Shown here: positions 38,940 to 50,850 of the stretch, in pieces
Layout of the letters: every line of letters starts with the position of its first letter
Position numbering within the stretch: the first letter of the stretch is position 1
Assembly (NCBI RefSeq): GCF_004010195.1
Contig: NC_057719.1
Span: 31,104,957 to 31,168,956 of the forward strand
Length of the DNA stretch: 64,000 nucleotides
DNA from: Chiloscyllium plagiosum
Lineage: Eukaryota
Direction of reading: 5' to 3'
The notes under the pieces: model-generated
The model's database searches: none
The model's input: only the letters and a program-made list of their open reading frames with translations
What the model was told of the DNA's origin: nothing
Made by a program: the position numbers and the translations under genes

Positions 38940-39668
38940 TCAGCCATGATCTTACTAAATAGCACAGATATTTTGAGAGGCTATGTATGACCTAATGTTT
39001 CTATTTCTTATTGTCATGGTGATGCAATACTCGGGGCATGCTGGGTTGCTTATAGTTGCAGTCGTTCAGCTATGACAATTAACCCGTAACTCTATCCACT
39101 CTTCCGCTTGAAGGTAAAATGTGCCGTTGAATTATTATAAAGAAGAGTAATAGAATTCTGCTAAATGTCCTGATCAATATTTTTTCTCAACCAGTATGAC
39201 TGAAACTAAATTACCTGGTTATTGTGGTGATATTGTTGTTTTTGTGTGAGTTTGCTGTGAAAAATAGACTGTCAGGAATGTACAGTTGAATCCTGACTTT
39301 ACAGAGGTACTATACAAATGCAAATCTGTCTTTGAGTCAAATGAAGAAAAACACAAAGCGAAAGAATGCTTTTAAGTTGTATCATAACATTTCATGGCTA
39401 AATGCAGAGAGGCATATTTCCAGTACTATCTGAGATATGAGATTTTGAGTATGAACAAAAACCAGAAGGGTAAAAGATTTCAGCTGCAGCTGTTTTCTAC
39501 TAGCTGTTTTGAGCTTAGGGACAGATTGCGTGTCTTCGTTATTTCTGCTTGACACTATACCTGAAAGGATGAAATTAAATATTTTACAACATTGATGAAA
39601 AAGAGGTCCCTTTTGATGTACAAACATGCTTCAGTTTCAGTCCCATCTGAACAATTGAATATTGAACT

Positions 39669-39830
39669 GAATAAAAATCGAAAGAACTCAAAAACAGAAG
39701 TAGAATTTGATGGAAAAGCAATTGCCTCAGCTCTGAGGAAGGGTCACATGACCTGAAATGTTAACCTGATTTCTCTCCACTGATGCTGCCAGACTTGCTG
39801 AGCTTTTCCAGCAATTTCTATTTTTATCAC
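39669..39830. mobile_element. short inverted Penelope-derived hammerhead element
   Basis: ctCTGAGGAagggtcacatgacctGAAAtgttaac near 39731; approximate TSD tgaata[t/c]tgaact. Confidence 0.75.
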
Positions 39831-40305
39831 TGAATACTGAACTACCTAGTTAGTAGGATTTCAAAAGGAAAACTAGTTTAATTTCCAATGCCAAATGAGT
39901 TGATATTAGCACATTCCCTGAAAACTGTACATTGTAATCTAAGTTGAGTACACAGAGTTAAGAACGAAAAAAATGCCTGTGGGTAGAAGTAATACCTTGT
40001 AGCACAGCTGTCCATTTCTTAAGATAGTTTAACTGAATAACAGTTTTAAAGGTGTTTTTGGATTTGGGCTACATGTCATGTTGCTGATTTAAGAAGATCA
40101 TCAAACAAGATTATAACTGGAGAATAAATAATTAAAAATTCCAAACTACAGCAATTTAAAAGTGCTTTTTGATGCTTGGTTGCAATGCCTTATTCTCAAA
40201 ATGAAGTTTTAAATCCCTCACAAAAATTAACCTGTAAGGGACGACTGTTGATCTCTCAAAGTAAGTTTGCAGCTACCAAAAGTGAGGTTCTGTTTTTTCT
40301 TACAG

Positions 40306-40538
40306 ATGATGAGTGCCCTAAAATCTTTAAGAAACAGTGCTGCAAAGAAAAGAGCTAAACTGAGTAACAGTGCATCTGATGTTGAGAGTCCAGACTCAGC
40401 CCTCAAATTGGAACATTGTGTGGATCCCACATCACGTACTTCATCGCCTTATGCAAGCACTTACAGTGAAAGTGATGTTTACAGCCAGGAGTCTTTGACA
40501 TCACCATTGCCTTACAGCCCTTGTGGCAAGAAAATAAT
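40306..40538 (+). CDS. TOGARAM1: TOGARAM1 internal exon, phase 0-2, 233 nt
   Basis: ttacag|ATG...ATAAT|gtaagt. Encodes SLRNSAAKKRAKLS...ESPDSALKL...YSESDVYSQESLTS, a highly conserved TOGARAM1 segment. Confidence 0.95.
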
Positions 40539-40855
40539 GTAAGTATTAACAATAGTTTTCAGTACTTCTGAGTTCTCAGTATCTGCACTGTGAATCTAAT
40601 GATACAGATACACTGAAATTCATCCATTTTTCCAAGGATATTTTTAGTGGTCAAAAGTTAATATCTAAAATGTTCCCATATACAATAAAAACATGATCAC
40701 TATTTTCTCGCACTTTATCTCTCTATCTAATTTCACCCTTCAAACATATCTTATTTTCTTTATTCATTTCTTTTCCTAGTTTCTAATTAAACTTAAATAA
40801 TTTAGTGAAAAGGTTTAAATTTTGTAATAGATCTTCTCTTGTATTAACAACAGCA

Positions 40856-41090
40856 ACAATAAAAACAGAAGTTACAGGAAAAGCTCAGCAGGTCTGGCAG
40901 CATTTGTGAAGAGAAATCGGAGTGAACATTTTGGGTCCGGTGACCGTTCCTCAGTTCTCAGGAGGAGTCACCAGACCTGAAATGTTAACTCTGATATTCT
41001 CTTCACAGATGCTGCCAGACCTGTTGAGCTTTTCCAGCAATTTCTCTTTTTATTTCTGATTTACAGCATCCGCAGTTCCTTTTGGTTTTT
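40856..41090. mobile_element. back-to-back inverted Penelope-derived hammerhead element
   Basis: About 40860-40953 is the reverse complement of about 40956-41053; both arms end in a degenerate hammerhead at the centre. Confidence 0.85.
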
Positions 41091-41590
41091 CTGTTGCATT
41101 TAACTGGATATCTCTCCTCCCAGTTTTCAGGAGCACTGAGGCACTTGTACTAATCATTACAGCTCTCCAGCTGAATTAAATTCATTGAATGAAACATGCA
41201 CTATCTTCCTGGTTTAATTTCAGATTCAATCCGACATAGTGGATACTCTGACATTACTTAAATGGGCCTTACTGCAGTCTGCTCTTCAAGTCTTTCTATT
41301 GGTCACTGCTTTATTTGTATTTTGCTTGATATCCTTGTTTTCCTTTTTTACTTTCTCTCCAGTTTCATTATTTTATCATGACCTGTCTCTAGTTTCGCAA
41401 AATTCTCTGACCAGTTTATCATGAAATACTGTGGCTACCATGGTAATGTAGTGATTTATAACCATGTTTAAATTGTTTTAAATTAGCACCAATCATTTTA
41501 TTTGTTGTGGGTTTGAGTATACCTATATATTTTTAATTTTTTGTGTTGATCTTTCAAACTCTTTGATGTGCTTGATTGTGATTTCAATAG

Positions 41591-41688
41591 GTCTGATGGT
41601 TGTTCCCAATTAGGATTTAAATTACGCCATGTTCAAATACCATCAGGAAAGGCAAGGCCTTCTCCAGCAGAACATAGCTCCGTCTCAG
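41591..41688 (+). CDS. TOGARAM1: TOGARAM1 internal exon, phase 2-1, 98 nt
   Basis: aatag|G...TCAG|gtatca. Encodes (M)SDGCSQLGFKLRHVQIPSGKARPSPAEHSSVS; phases fit both neighbouring exons. Confidence 0.85.
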
Positions 41689-42774
41689 GTATCACTTGTT
41701 AAAATTTGTTATGTATTTGCTTGATAAGCCGAAGATGTGATATTGGCTTTAAAATGTTTTTATTACACTACATGTTAAAGCATGCTCATTGGTGACTCAA
41801 AAAACTATTATTTTGTAATGTATATATTAATGACGTTCCTGTTTTTAGAAACTTAGTCCCTTGTTAAAATTACGCTTTTACGTTCTGTAGAAGTTTGTAG
41901 TCCACTGAAGCTGATGTAATGTACAATCAGGCCACGGTAAATCGGACCCAACTCAAACATCCCCTGCATCTGCTCAACAGCTTAGGTTACAATTAAGTTC
42001 CAATTCATTAGTCTTTTGGTGTGGATATGTGTCTTTACTAATCCCATTTCTAGTTTTCTTTTTTTTTTTGCCTCCTATAATGGGCAGGTAATGGCATAGT
42101 GGTAATGCCACTGGACCCCAAACTAATGATTCAGTGACATAAGTCTGATTTCTACCATAGATATTGGGGAAATTTGATTTGAATACTCTTAATATATCCT
42201 GTTCCACCATCGGGATAAATCCATCAGAAGTGGCAGCACAGTGATATACACTTGAGAGAGAGAGGGAGTTGCGCTTGGGGTCCTCAAGATTGACCCTGCA
42301 CCCATGAGGTCTCATAGCGTCAGGTGGAAGATGGGCAAGGAAATCTCTTGATTACCACTTACCATCACTGGAGTATTAAATATTAGTCTTTTATATGAAT
42401 TGTAGAATATAAATCTTCAGTCTAGAAAATATTAAGCAATTATAATGAAATACAGCCTTGGTGATAACACTAGCATTTTTCTTGGTATTCGAAAATAATT
42501 TGGTTACCAGAATGTTTCTTATAGGTTCTTACCTATAAAGTATTCTTAGGGTTAGCTTCTGGTTTATAATGTGTGTAAGCAAAATATGCTATAAGAATGG
42601 GTCATAATAGGCAACTATCTCATGATTCTGTGGGGCTTGTGAATATGTTGTACCATTTCCATGGAATGCTGCAAGATATTTGTAAGAAAGGAGAAAAGAA
42701 CCAAGTATTACAAAGAGGGAGCAAAAACCATTTTAAAATAATACTGCACAAATAGTACTTTTTTGTTTTGACAG

Positions 42775-42957
42775 GAATAACTTTCTGTGAAGGAGCAACT
42801 TCTGATGTGAGTATTGTTGGTCAACGCATGACTTATGGAAGTGGAGTCCCAGATTCTGAAGAGGGGAAACAAATTGAAGTGTCTCACTCCAGCTCTAACT
42901 CTAAATTTCAATCCAAGGAGCATCAAAAAAATACAACTAGTAATAAATCCACAAGAG
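42775..42957 (+). CDS. TOGARAM1: TOGARAM1 internal exon (candidate cassette), phase 1-1, 183 nt
   Basis: ttttgacag|GA...AGAG|gtcagt. Open frame GITFCEGATSDVSIVGQRMTYGSG...NKSTR in non-repetitive sequence. Confidence 0.78.
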
Positions 42958-43714
42958 GTCAGTGTAGTTATTTAAGCAGGATTATTTACATATTGGTTAA
43001 CAGATGCATAATTTGTAATTATTAATATTGATATGTCTCATAATTGGCCATTTTTGTACAAGCACTTTTTATTTAGTTGTCACTAATTAGATAATTAATC
43101 ATACTCTGCTTGAGTGTTATCATAATTAAATATAACAATCTTTCTTGAATAATAGCATTCTGACAATATTGTTAAATGTGTGCAATTCAAATTCAGGGAA
43201 CAGTGAAAAATCGTTTTAAAAACAATCTTAAATTGTAGTTATGTGATGAGGTATTTTGTAAAACAACCAAAGAGTGGCATCCTCAATTAAAATTTTTTAC
43301 CTAAGCAATTGTTGCTCATTTTGAAACTTGAAATTTGCTCATCAAAGTTTATTTGGATTTCCATTGAGATGAATTCCTCTGCAGTTATAGGCTGTTTTGT
43401 GATTTATCAAGTCAAATTTGCACAACCATGTGAATAATTTGTGGTCTGAATGTTGATATATTAGAATGATGCAAATCACAGGTGTAAGTGTAATGACGAT
43501 TAAGCTAAATGGAATGATAGATAAGATGTAATTCATGGATCAATTCAATTCAGAAAAGAATAAGCATTTCCTTTGGAAAATGAATTAGAGTTCTCCAGAA
43601 ACGTTGAAGAAATAGTATTTCCTTGAAAATAACTCATGCTAACGTTTTGTTCAGGAGAAATGGCAGCTACCTTTGTGAAATTAAAATTGCCAAGTTAAAA
43701 ATCATTTCAAAACA

Positions 43715-45020
43715 TCATAGAGTCATACAGCATGAAAAAAAGACCCCTCAGTCCAACTCATCCATGCTGACCAGGTATCCTAAATTCAGCTAGTCCCATT
43801 TGCCTGCATTTGGTTCAAATCCCTCTAAACCTTTCCAATTCGTGTATCTGTCCAAATGTCCTTTAAATGTAATTGTACCCGTCTCTACCACTTCCTCTGG
43901 CAGTTCATTCCATATCAGCACCACCCTCTGTTGAAAATATTGCCCCTCAGGTCCCTTTTAAAGCTTTCCCCTCTCACCTTAAATCTGTGCCCTCTAGTTT
44001 TGGACTCCTCTACCCTTGAAATAGGACTTTGGCTATTCATCCTCTTTATGCCTCTCATGAGTTAATAAGCCTCTATAAGGTCACCTGTCAGCATTGGACG
44101 TTCCAGAGAAAGAAGTCCAAGCCTAAGAACCTCTCCTTATAACTCAAACCTTCCATTCCTGGCAACACCCTTGTAAATGTTTCTCGTACCCTTTCTAGTT
44201 TAATAGCATCCTTCCTATAGCAGGGCGACCAGAATTGTACATGTTATTCTAAAAATGGCCTAACCAATACCTTGTACAGTCACAACATGATGTCCCAACT
44301 CCTATACTTGATGCTCTGACCAATGAAGGCATGCATGCCAAATGCCTTCTTCACTACCCTGTCCACCTGCAATGTCACTTTCAAGGAATTATGAACCCAC
44401 ACCCCTAAGTCCTTCTGTTCAACAACACTCTCCAGGGCCCTACTCTTAACTGTGTAAGTCCTACCCTGATTTACCTTACCAAAATTCAACACCTTGCACT
44501 TAACTAAATTAAACTCCATCTACCAACTTCTCGGCCCTTTGGCCCATCTGATCAAGATCTCATTGCACTCTTAGATAACCTTCTGCACTGTCCACTATAT
44601 CACCCATTTTGGTGTCATCTACAAGCTTACTAAACATTGCTCCTATACTCTCATCCAAACTGTTAATACAAATGATGAACAACAGTGGACCCAGAATCTA
44701 TCCCTACGGTATACCATTGGTCACAGGCCCCCAGTCCAAATAGCATCCATCTGCCACCACCCTCTGCCTTCTACTATCAAGTCAATTTTATATTCAATTG
44801 GCTATCTCTCTTTAGATCCCATGTGTTCTACCTTACTAACCAGTATCCCATATGGGATTCCTGAAGAAGGGCTTATGCCCGAAACGTCGATTCTCCTGTT
44901 CCCTGGATGCTGCCTGATCTGCTGCGCTTTTCCAGCAACACATTTTCAGCTCTGATCTCCAGCATCTGTAGACCTCACTTTCTTCCCATGTGGGAGGCCT
45001 TGCTAAAGTCCATGCAGACA
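43715..45020 (-). mobile_element. CR1 3' fragment with a nested hammerhead element
   Basis: ORF 44280..44519 (EFNLVKCKVLNFG...QKDLGV); tail at 43715. Confidence 0.9.
44858..44983 (+). mobile_element. 126-bp Penelope-derived insert that starts at an intact hammerhead motif
   Basis: CTGAAGA-A-GGGC(TTAT)GCCC-GAAACGTC at 44861-44888; TSD tcccat[a/g]tggga (44846-44857, 44984-44995). Confidence 0.88.
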
Positions 45021-45584
45021 AAAGGCGGATATAGTTTAGGAATCTAACTTATTTCAAAAGAAAACATCTCAATAAAAATACTCTGTCCGTTCCAAAAGCC
45101 AGAGGGCCTTTTCTGTGCTGTATAAATTTGGAAGTACAAGAAATTGGAAATGACACACCTTTTGTGGTCGCTATTGTTGCTGCAGACTCGAAGGGCCTAA
45201 TGGCCTTTTCAGTGCTGTATAAATCTATGAATACTGTTGCTTTGAAAGACGTATATCAATTTCTGCTTAATCTTGGCATTGATTTTATAAAGAATTTAAC
45301 ACTCCTGAAGGTTATCCCTACTCTTTCAAATTTGTAAGTTTGTCCCTTTTTGATCATTGCATTGTTAGAAATGTTGGGTACCCAAGTAATATTCTGTTGA
45401 GTTCAATATCACCATAGGAGTTGTCTAAAGCAGACTGAGAAAGTAGACTAAGGGGAAAGTCAATAGATGAGCAGTGGCAGACATTAAAGGGGATATTTCA
45501 TAACACAGCAAAAATTTATTCAGATCAAAAAATACAAATTGATGACGAACAAGGTGGTGAAGGAAGATATCCAATCCATAAGTA

Positions 45585-46490
45585 AAAGATATAGGCACAG
45601 GTGTCAACTTTTCAGCCCCTCAAGCCTGCTTAGGTATTCAATAAGATCACAGCTAATCCAACACTCCCAACATTCACTTTTCTTCCCTTTGCCCATAATC
45701 CTTGATTCCCCTACTAATCAAGCATCTATCTATCTCAGCCTTAAATATGCACAAGGACTGTGCCCCCATAGCTCCCTATGGCAAGGAGTCTCAAAGATTC
45801 ACAACCCTGTAAGAGAAGAAATTCCTCCTTATTTCACACTTAAATTTGTGCCCCTTAATATTTCAAGACTATGCCTTCTGGTCCTAGACTCCCATGGAGG
45901 GAAACATCTTCATGTATTTACCCTGTCAAACTCCTTAAAAATCCTACATGTCTCAATATGATCACCTCTTATTCTTCTGAGTTCCAAAGAGTAGAGTTCC
46001 AACCTGTTTAACAAAATCAGAAATTGCTGGAAAAGCTCAACAGGTCTGGCAGCATCAGTGAAGAGAAATCAAAGTTAATGTTTTGGGTCCGGTGATCCTT
46101 CCTCAGAACTTGTTGGAGAGGAGAGTAGAACTTCTTCAAAGTGGGCATGCTGAGAAGAGAAGTGGCAGTGAATTAAATACTAAATAAAAACTGAAAGAAC
46201 TGCGGATTCCGTCAATCAGAAGCAAAAGCAGCAATTGCTGGAAAAGCTCAGCAGGTCTGGCAGCATCTGTGAAGAAAAATCAGAGTTAACGTTTCAGAAT
46301 CTGTTTAACCTTTGCTCATAAGATATTCCCTCTATACCAGGGATCACCTTCTCTGAACTGACTCCAATAAAATAAGATATTTTCTTTAATCAGTGTTTCA
46401 GATTTGGTTTCACTGGCACCTTGTACAGTTGTAGCAAGACTTCCCTACTCTTATACTCGGGTGCCTTAAAATAAGGGCTAATAGTCCATT
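45585..46490 (-). mobile_element. CR1 3' fragment with a nested tandem hammerhead element
   Basis: CR1 tail sequence is continuous across the insert at 46013-46297. Confidence 0.75.
46013..46297 (-). mobile_element. partial tandem, 211-nt-unit hammerhead element (retrozyme-like)
   Basis: Direct repeat aattgctggaaaagctca at 46022 and 46233; minus-strand hammerhead at 46072-46111; TSD aa[c/t]ctgtttaac (46001-46012, 46298-46309). Confidence 0.75.
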
Positions 46491-46519
46491 AGTCAAAACA
46501 TTCCAGTAATCAAAATTTT

Positions 46520-47745
46520 AAGTTTTACAATGTGACCAAAACTAAGTGTAGTGTAGGCTAGAGCTTTGGGATTTCTTTTTAGGACCCAGCAGCAGGTGAC
46601 AAAAAAAGCTAATAAAGAGAGGAAACTGTTTATGAAAGTAAATTGGCCATACACATGAAAACAAATGGCAAGATTTTCTAAGGGTATATAAAAAGAAACA
46701 GTAGTTAAAGTGAGGTATGGGACTCTTGAAGGATGTGAACTGGAAAATTGATAGAAGGGAACAGGGAAATGGCAGATAATTTAAACATTAGTCTTCTCAT
46801 TGGAAGACACTGTAAACATCCCAAAGATATCAAATAAGCAAGGTGCAAATGGAGGACAGGTCTTGTAACAGTCTCTATCACAGTGGACAAAGTATTTGAC
46901 AAGCTAATGGCAATGAATGCAAATGAGTCATCAGTATCTCATTGAGGATTGGTTAACACACAGAAGATAGAGTAGGAATTAATGTGTGTATCAGGTTGGA
47001 AATATGCAACTAGAGGCGTGCCACAAGGATCAATCATCTGACCTTGATTATTTGCTATCTATAGTATTGGCTTGGAGGAGGAGACAGAGTGTAATGCATT
47101 CAAATATGCTAATAATTCGAAAATAAATGGGAGGGCACGTTGTGATGAGGACACAAGGAAGCTGCAAGAGAATATAGGTAGGTTGAGTGAGTAGGCAAAA
47201 AAAAAGTGTCAGATGGAGTTTAATGCTAGGAAAAATCAAAAGGCAGGCTTCTATATAAATGGAGAGAGACTGCAAAGAATTGCTGCACAGAGGGATCTGG
47301 TTGTTCTTCTGCATGAATCATAAGCATGCATGTGCAACAAGTAATTAAGAAGGCAATGGAAATTTGGCTTGTATTGCTAGGGTTTTGGAGTTTGAAAATA
47401 ATGACGTCTTGTTACAACTGTACAGGATGTTGCTGAAGTACTGTTACAGTTTTGGTGCCTAACGGGATTAGGCCTTTATCGATAGATTTAGAAAACTGGG
47501 GTTATGATCTTATTAAAACATACAGGATTCTTAGGGAACTTTGGCAGATATCGAGAAGATGTTTTGACTAGTGAAGAAATCTCAAACTAAAGGACCTAGC
47601 TACAGAATAAGGGGACATTCATTTTAAACAGACGTAAAGAAATTTCTTCTGTGAGGGTAGTGAACATCTGGAATTCTCTATTCCAGTGAGTTGAGGAGGC
47701 TAGATCACTGAAAGTATTTAAAGAGGAGATATATGGATTTTTGAA
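46520..47745 (+). mobile_element. old CR1 ORF2 with internal deletions
   Basis: Decayed GVPQGS, KYANNS (KFADD) and LQLYRMLL motifs, and the 3' end. Confidence 0.7.
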
Positions 47746-48336
47746 ATTTGTTTATGTTCACACTTGAAAGAAGATAGTGTAATTTATTTAAGGGGTTTTA
47801 TTGGCAAATAGGAAATGCAAAACTTGGACATTTTCACTGAGATCACTGATAGTTCTAGGAAAGTTTTTCCACACAGCTTATGGAGGAGCACTGAGTAACA
47901 GACTGCAGCTTCCAGACTGCCATGCTAATATCTGTAAATTATAGTCAATTTCAGAGGGGCAATGAAATGAGCCATTAGTCACCTTGCTTCCACAACCACT
48001 TTAAAATTGTGCCCCTTGGTTGGCTGAGCTACCAATCAAAGCAATCATGTTCATAAAGGAGTCTTTTCTTCTCCCCATTTTATACCCCTTCCACAGTCAC
48101 ATCCTCTAAATCTCAGTATGAGAGTCCGTGATCTATATTAAATTGGTTATCCGAAAACCCTGCTCTTAATGCTTACAGATCAGGAGCTGATTAAACTAAT
48201 AATTGCCGTATTTCTTTCCATTACAACACTGACTACATTTCATTGCTGTGAAACATTCTGAAACATCCTACAACTGTAAAAGATCTTGTGTATACAGGTT
48301 ATTGTTTTAAATTTAACCAACAAGTAACTGTTTTAG

Positions 48337-48429
48337 GACCGACAGGATCCACCTTTAGTATGCAGCAGGTGAACAACCATGATGCTGGAAATAGGTTCTC
48401 TGAGGACTCTGTCATCATTGTAGGAAAAG
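48337..48429 (+). CDS. TOGARAM1: TOGARAM1 internal exon, phase 1-1, 93 nt (alternative in-frame acceptor gives start 48346)
   Basis: ttttag|GA...AAAG|gtaggt. Encodes ...QQVNNHDAGNRFSEDSVIIVGK. Confidence 0.88.
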
Positions 48430-48716
48430 GTAGGTTTATTGATCATTTGTCCTTTTCCTTGTTCTCCATGTGTCGTGATGAAAAGCCTCTGAATTCTATT
48501 TAGTGAGAATCCTGCATTGCATAGAATGGCAGAGCTCTGCAGGATTCCCCACATTATTAATAAATAAACGTCTGTAATTCTATAAAATTCTTATGTTCAT
48601 TCTTTTAGTGGTACTGTAATATTTTTGTACTGCTATTTATAAAACAATAGAACTAGACATTGCATATTTGAAAACAAGGTAGCACTTTGCCATTTTTTTT
48701 GCTTTCTTCCTATAAG

Positions 48717-48895
48717 GAGTCTTTGGCAGTCCTCAGTCAGTTCCATTAGCAAACAGCCAAGCCATTATCTCATCTCTTGATAAGGATGAAATGGGTGACC
48801 GAAAACAAACAATGGATCCTCCTTCGGGAGTCTATGGAAGAGCTGTACCTCAGAGTTGTCAACCTGGATTTGATGGTTCAGAGAATGAGAAAGAG
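48717..48895 (+). CDS. TOGARAM1: TOGARAM1 internal exon, phase 1-0, 179 nt
   Basis: Polypyrimidine tract then taag|GA...GAG|gtaatg. Encodes GVFGSPQ...MDPPSGVYGRAVPQ...ENEKE. Not in the ORF track. Confidence 0.92.
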
Positions 48896-49209
48896 GTAAT
48901 GCTACAATAACACTTTCTCAACAGGAGGTGATCAGGTTTAAAACAAAAGAGCTGGTAAGCAAGTGAAGTCTTAGGATGTTAATCAGTTTCTTGATGGTAC
49001 AGGACTTGAGAATTGCTGAAGAAAGAAACATATTCAAGATTTTCATTTTGCACTCATAAAGGCAGAAGCACAAATGGAAACTTCAGAAGGAGCAATAGTA
49101 AAGGCTGCATGAGAAAGACTGCTTGTTTGGCAAGTTGAATGGTTTAAAGGTGTTGACAACACCTAAGCCAATCAAAGTTGACTTGGCAATCTTGCCATGA
49201 AATATAGTT

Positions 49210-49545
49210 TTTTTTAAAATTCATTCACAGGCTGAGGGCATCGCTGTCTGGATGCATATTTATTGCCCATCCCTAATTGCTGACAGCGCAGGTAAGAGAC
49301 AACCACACAGCTTTGGGTTTGGAGTCACATGTAGACCAGATCAGGTAAGGATGGCAGTTTCCTTCCCGAAAGGACATTAGTGAACTGCAGGTGTTTACAA
49401 CAATGAATTCATGGTCGTCTTTGACCATAGACTTTTGATTCCAGATTTTGTTTTTGTTGAATTCAAATTTCACCATTTGCCATGGTGGGATTTGAACTTG
49501 GGTCCCCAGGCTAACAGTCCAGTGATAACACCACTAGGCCAACGT
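49210..49545 (-). mobile_element. tRNA-derived SINE nested within an old inverted hammerhead-bearing element
   Basis: Minus-strand head ctagtggtgttatcactggact...gttcaaatccc; LINE-derived tail at 49210-49275. Confidence 0.75.
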
Positions 49546-50645
49546 TTCCCCTTTTGATTTGTTTGTTGCTTCCTTTGAAACTTGGCATATTTTTATCTGT
49601 CCTAATGAGTGCAAGATGAAAAATATCAAGAATCTGTTTTTGCAGACATATTACAGTATAAATTACAGTATTGTCAAGAGTGAACTCTTCTGATTTGTAC
49701 ATACAGAGTAATACACATTGCTGTTTTAAAATACCCATCCAGAGAAACTTTTATATGAGCTCTTGTCAAGCATTCTCATTTTAGCTTTGTTTCAGGGCTA
49801 AGTTAACTCAATTACTGTATTAATATGCCACAATCTTAGTTTCAGAAGTCATTATGTATAGATTACACTTGTTATTCAGTTGATTCAGTTTTATGTCGCA
49901 AAATTATGATCATAGTGAATTTATTTGAGACTAAAATATACTTATGATTACAATATTATGAGCAGAGTGACAGAACTTGCATTCAATCTGTGTCAAATAG
50001 ATTTAAATCAAGTAACTTGGGCAAATTGAAGAAGGTGGCACACCACCACTTTTTCAAGGGCAATCGGAGAAAGCAATAGATGCTTGCTGTGCCACAAATT
50101 TGCACATCCCAGGAATGTATCTTTAAAAAGAGTTAACGCATAATTGACAGAATTATACCACAAGATTTTAAATGAAAACAGACTTTGTTGTATTTTGGAA
50201 AAAAAAAGAAATAAGTGCAATTTACTTTCCACTAAACCTGGAAAGATCTCGGCTTATACTCAGTTCTACATTTTACTAACCGTAACCCCCAAATTTGAAT
50301 TGTTTTTAAGGTTATTACCAGTTTCTTTATCAGAATTTTTTATTACCTTACATTAATGCATTAATCTCCTAAATTTAAAGTCATATTCTAAAACCTATGG
50401 ATTATAATTTAGATATTCACAAAAGAATTCACAATACATGATACGTTTTCATGTGAAGCTAATATCACTTGTCTTTATTAATTAGCACATGCTAGAGCAA
50501 CTTAATTGAGAGACAGATGAACGATTAAACATGAATATCCAAGAGTTGCTTTTCAGGTTTCTTTATTAAAAAAGGCATCTCACAGTAGAAAACACCATTG
50601 AAGTATATTGAATGAGGTTAAATTGCTGTGTTTGCGCATATGGAC

Positions 50646-50850
50646 TAGAGTCATGGAGATGTACAGCACGGGAACAGACCCTTTGGTCCAAGTCGTCCAT
50701 GCCGACCAGATATCCCAACCCAATCTAGTCCCATCTGGTCGACATGGACGGGTTAGACCGAAGGGTCTGTTTCCATGCTGTACCTCTCTATGACTCTAAA
50801 TGTTGCAATCGTATTAGCCTCCACCACTTCCTCTGGCAGCTCATTCCATA
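50646..50850. repeat. CR1 tail foldback (66-nt inverted arms, 21-nt loop)
   Basis: 50646-50711 pairs with 50733-50798. Confidence 0.85.
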
